Part shown: in pieces, positions 61,108 to 64,000 of the stretch
Layout of the letters: each line of letters begins with the position of its first letter
How positions within the stretch are numbered: position 1 is the first letter of the stretch
NCBI GenBank assembly: GCA_964426845.1
Contig: CAYRSA010000003.1
Span: 70,751 to 134,750, forward strand
Direction: 5' to 3'
Length of the DNA: 64,000 nt
Source of the DNA: an uncultured Candidatus Saccharibacteria bacterium
GTDB lineage: Bacteria; Patescibacteriota; Saccharimonadia; Saccharimonadales; JAGQNJ01
Notes under the pieces: model-generated
Told to the model about the DNA's origin: nothing
Databases searched by the model: none
Seen by the model: the letters and a program-made list of their open reading frames with translations, nothing else
Made by a program: the position numbers and the translations under genes

Positions 61108-61692
61108 CTAGGAGCGAGCTTTAGATACAGCCCGGATAATCATCTCGACGATCAAACCGACGAAGAAACCGCCGACTAGCAACGCCAAAAATACGAAGAA
61201 GTTATAGGTGAAGCCGTAGTGGCGGCTGATAATCACTAGGGCTAAAGTGCCGCCGAAAGCGACCAGTCCGCCCCCCAGCAAGCCTGAAGGCCGGGCTACG
61301 GTCTTGCCGCCAACTTCGCTGACTGCCTCTACTGTTCGGGAGTGAATCACTTTGCTAAATGAGCGCTGTGACTTCGGTAAGTGTGACTGAATGCGGTGCA
61401 GCTCTTTTTTGTAGGCCTTACTCTTAAGGTTGCGGTCGACAATGAAAGGGGCGTCGTCGTTCTTGGACTCTGTCTCTTGCTTGTTCTTTACAGCCGCGGC
61501 TTCATCGGCTTCTTTATCGATGCTGGAGCGGATATGCTCTATGGAATCTTTGGCCTCGTGCTTGGCTTTCTCACCAGCTTCAATCGTCTCTCTTAGTTTC
61601 TCATGTTCTTTAGCTTTATTGTGCTTAGCTTCCTGTGATTCATGGTGCTCATGTCGAGCTGGTGCTTTTTCGGCCATCTTAGTTTCCTCCAC
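61108..61692 (-). CDS. Membrane protein with highly charged N-terminal half
   Basis: 194 aa. A Lys/Glu/His-rich N-terminus is followed by two C-terminal TM helices. Confidence 0.5.
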   Translation of the reverse strand: MEETKMAEKAPARHEHHESQEAKHNKAKEHEKLRETIEAGEKAKHEAKDSIEHIRSSIDKEADEAAAVKNKQETESKNDDAPFIVDRNLKSKAYKKELHRIQSHLPKSQRSFSKVIHSRTVEAVSEVGGKTVARPSGLLGGGLVAFGGTLALVIISRHYGFTYNFFVFLALLVGGFFVGLIVEMIIRAVSKARS

Positions 61693-63376
61693 TTGTTGCG
61701 TAGTCGCTACGGACTATATCTAATTCTTTAGCCATTAGGCGAGAGCGGGCCAGGAAATAGCCGGCAATGGTCGTTACCACAAAAGCCACGGCTAGAACTT
61801 CACCAGGGCCAGTATTTGGAAGGGTGGTCGTGGTGACTTGTTCGACGATTTTCTCCGGTGCACAAGGCAGGTTTAGCTCAACGGTATCGCCATAAACATT
61901 GGTCATTTTGCAGTCAAAGGAGCCGGGGTTAGAAGCCGGTGACGGCGTGGAAGGGATGACGGCTTTAACTTTGACGGTGATCTGTTTCTCAACGGTTTGA
62001 CCATGTTTGATGTCGACGGCTGGCCAGGTAACGGTCTTGTTGTCGTCGATTTTGCCGCCGTGAAGGTTTGATACATCGGCATAATCTAGAATGTCGCCGA
62101 TGTTCTCCTGGATAACAAAATCCTTAACTGTAGCCTTATTTTCACTATTGTTGGTGGCCGACAGGGTGTAAGTTATCTCGTCATTCGGGTTAACAGTTGA
62201 GCCATGAGCTTCGCCACCACCTTGTGATTTGTTTATAGCTTTTTTGTGAGCGGTGATACAGACGTTTTGGTCGTCGTCGTCGATATCTTTACATTCAGGT
62301 TCTTCTGGTGGAGGTGGCGGGGTGCAGTCGGGATCACCAGGCTGGCATGGCGGTGGAGGTGGTGGAGGTGGTGTATCGGTTTTGACAGTTACTCGCTTGA
62401 TACAGTCTCCGGTCTTGTTACCGGTAGCAGCTTTAGTACCGCCGTCGTAGTGAACGGCTAGAGTAAATTCGTAGGTACCAGCTTTTGTAACCTTAAAGGG
62501 TCGCCAACTGGGGTCTTGGGCCAGGGTACCCTCAAAGCCAATGCCTTTACCTTCCTTAGTGTCTAGGACACGTCCAGTGGACTTATCGATAAATTCATAA
62601 CGCATTGTAACCTTTTGATTGGCAGCTAAGTTTCTACCAGTCGCTCTACCCCTAACTTCGATAGTAGTGTTGATAGGCACTGTAGTGCCATTGCGGACGT
62701 TCATTAGTAAGTTAGCGCAAGCAATACCGGTAGCTGGCGGTGGAGGTGGCGGAGGCGGTGGAGGTGGCGGGGTGCCGATAATAACAATGTTGGCGCAGTC
62801 CATTAAAACCCAGAAAGCTGTGCCGTCGGCCCGGGTTCCGCGAATAGCTTGATAAGAGGTTGTACCCCAGGCATCCAGTGGTTTCATGAAGAATTCGGTG
62901 CCACCAATAAAGACCGAGCGTTCGCCGGCAAAGTGCGTAGCCGTGCGTCCCAATGAGTACAACCGTCCGCCATTACTGTTGGAGGCTAGGGTAGTTACAG
63001 TTCCATTGTTTAGACGTCCGCAATCAACCCCGAAGTGTGCCAAAATATTTTTGAAGTTTTGAACATTATCATCGCAGGCTTGGACCATCCGGACCTTGGA
63101 ATTACGGCCCCCGTAAATAATGTCGTTATTCGATGCGGCCAGGGTCGGTTCGCTGGGGATAGCGGCAGCGAAGACCTGGACGCCCAGGGCGAGGACTAAG
63201 AACATTACACCCAGCCGCCTAACAGATGACTCAGCTTTAAGTCGTTTAGAGTAAAAAGCTACCTGATTGATAAGGCTAGGGTTGAACGGTAAGTTGGACA
63301 GTAGTTTTTTAAACATTTGTTGATTTTTTATAATTCCTCTTATGCTATTCAACCATGAATTCATGTGTTCAAGCAA
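61679..63376 (-). CDS. LPXTG-type cell-wall-anchored surface protein with poly-Pro linkers
   Basis: C-terminal LPNTG, a hydrophobic helix and RSR. Two poly-Pro linkers (12 and 8+ residues) separate beta-type domains. The true start is probably ATG 63316 (MFKKLLSNLPF). Confidence 0.65.
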   Translation of the reverse strand: MLEHMNSWLNSIRGIIKNQQMFKKLLSNLPFNPSLINQVAFYSKRLKAESSVRRLGVMFLVLALGVQVFAAAIPSEPTLAASNNDIIYGGRNSKVRMVQACDDNVQNFKNILAHFGVDCGRLNNGTVTTLASNSNGGRLYSLGRTATHFAGERSVFIGGTEFFMKPLDAWGTTSYQAIRGTRADGTAFWVLMDCANIVIIGTPPPPPPPPPPPPATGIACANLLMNVRNGTTVPINTTIEVRGRATGRNLAANQKVTMRYEFIDKSTGRVLDTKEGKGIGFEGTLAQDPSWRPFKVTKAGTYEFTLAVHYDGGTKAATGNKTGDCIKRVTVKTDTPPPPPPPPCQPGDPDCTPPPPPEEPECKDIDDDDQNVCITAHKKAINKSQGGGEAHGSTVNPNDEITYTLSATNNSENKATVKDFVIQENIGDILDYADVSNLHGGKIDDNKTVTWPAVDIKHGQTVEKQITVKVKAVIPSTPSPASNPGSFDCKMTNVYGDTVELNLPCAPEKIVEQVTTTTLPNTGPGEVLAVAFVVTTIAGYFLARSRLMAKELDIVRSDYATSGGN

Positions 63377-63486
63377 GACTTTATTAGTTGTATGGGGATA
63401 ACTTTTTGGTTATAATAAGGGTATACACGGAGATCGGTGAGGTTTACCGTAAACAATACAGATTTTAGAGAGGGTACTAGAGACAA

Positions 63487-64000
63487 GTGAGCAAACAAAA
63501 ACCACAGAATTCCGACTATGGCGCTGAGCAAATTCAGGTCTTGGAGGGACTAGAGCCGGTTCGAAAACGCCCTGGTATGTACATCGGTGGCACGGGCTAT
63601 GATGGCCTGCACCACCTAATTAAAGAAATTGCCGATAACTCGGTGGACGAGGCCATTGCCGGACACGCCACCGAAGTGCACGTGACTATGTTGGCCGATG
63701 GTGGTATCTCTGTCAAAGATAACGGTCGCGGTATACCAGTTGATGTTATGAAAAAGACCGGTAAAAGCGCTCTGGAAACTGTGCTAACCGTTCTTCACGC
63801 TGGCGGTAAATTTGGCGGCGGAGGCTACAAAGTCTCGAGTGGATTACATGGTGTAGGTATCAGTGTAGTAAACGCGTTGTCAAAAAAGCTACATGCTGAG
63901 GTTCGCCAAGGCGGGTTTATCTATACCCAAGATTATGAACGTGGCGTACCGCTTACCAAGATTCAAAAAGGCGACAAAACAGCCGAAACTGGGACAACTA
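63487..64000 (+). CDS. gyrB: DNA gyrase subunit B (5' part; continues beyond window)
   Basis: Not in the ORF track because there is no stop codon inside the window. The GTG at 63487 gives [56 protein letters not shown]. Confidence 0.9.
   Translation, partial: MSKQKPQNSDYGAEQIQVLEGLEPVRKRPGMYIGGTGYDGLHHLIKEIADNSVDEAIAGHATEVHVTMLADGGISVKDNGRGIPVDVMKKTGKSALETVLTVLHAGGKFGGGGYKVSSGLHGVGISVVNALSKKLHAEVRQGGFIYTQDYERGVPLTKIQKGDKTAETGTT

Noticed and set aside
62300-62770. ccacc/ggtgg-rich tracts, also at 10264-10290 and 10381-10400 and their copies, considered as slippage-prone phase-variation repeats or hidden Gly-rich ORFs.
   Set aside because: They encode poly-Pro linkers with mixed Pro codons, not a homopolymer or perfect short tandem repeat. 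The Gly-rich ORFs are their antisense shadows.

Overview
This 64-kb window is densely coded and uses the standard genetic code. Many start codons sit only 6-8 nt after a TATACT/TATAAT box. The gene content is a type IV pilus (T4P) locus with no secretin, an LPXTG protein, a giant surface fibre, short housekeeping genes and no biosynthetic operons. That points to a small-genome monoderm bacterium, most plausibly a Patescibacteria/CPR (Saccharibacteria-like) episymbiont; this placement is inference only.

Layout:
1. 2-7233: pilM-pilN-pilO-orf-pilB-pilT-pilC-pilD.
2. 6984-23381: two head-to-tail copies of an 8,199-bp unit. Each copy carries four prepilin-like genes, a helical membrane protein, a 776-aa secreted putative tip adhesin, the major pilin and a convergent Xer-type tyrosine recombinase. 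The joint fuses the first 21 nt of ndk to the last 250 nt of pilD.
3. 23361-26261: ndk, tRNA-Arg, a PH-like membrane protein, a parvulin-like PPIase and an RRM protein.
4. 26330-38597: a six-gene secreted/surface locus. It holds three paralogous Thr/Ser/Gly-rich proteins, a DUF916/DUF3324-like membrane-anchored protein, an Ig/PKD-like bitopic protein and a 2,285-aa fibre protein. This is my best candidate for an undescribed system.
5. 39.1-44.7 kb: a tRNA-rich patch (Asp, Thr, Val) with a small PD-(D/E)xK-like ORF, a processive GT2, nrdR, tgt and an HTH/LAGLIDADG-like ORF.
6. 44.9-56.2 kb: housekeeping genes. These are thrS behind a T-box-like leader, an ATL, miaA, rpmB, an M50 protease, tRNA-Pro, a PCD-RNase HI fusion, rnpB, rplT-rpmI-infC (AUC start) and comM.
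7. 56.2-57.3 kb: an AT-rich gene desert with a promoter/terminator-bounded candidate sRNA.
8. 57.3-63.4 kb: an orphan VirD4/TraG-like ATPase with small membrane and Pro-rich partners and an LPXTG protein. The gyrB 5' end runs off the right edge.

Two tRNA genes (Arg, Asp) are each followed by a partial copy of their own 3' end. Both partial copies carry the same hairpin insertion, with compensatory base changes between them. I saw no rRNA, CRISPR array, transposase or phage structural genes.
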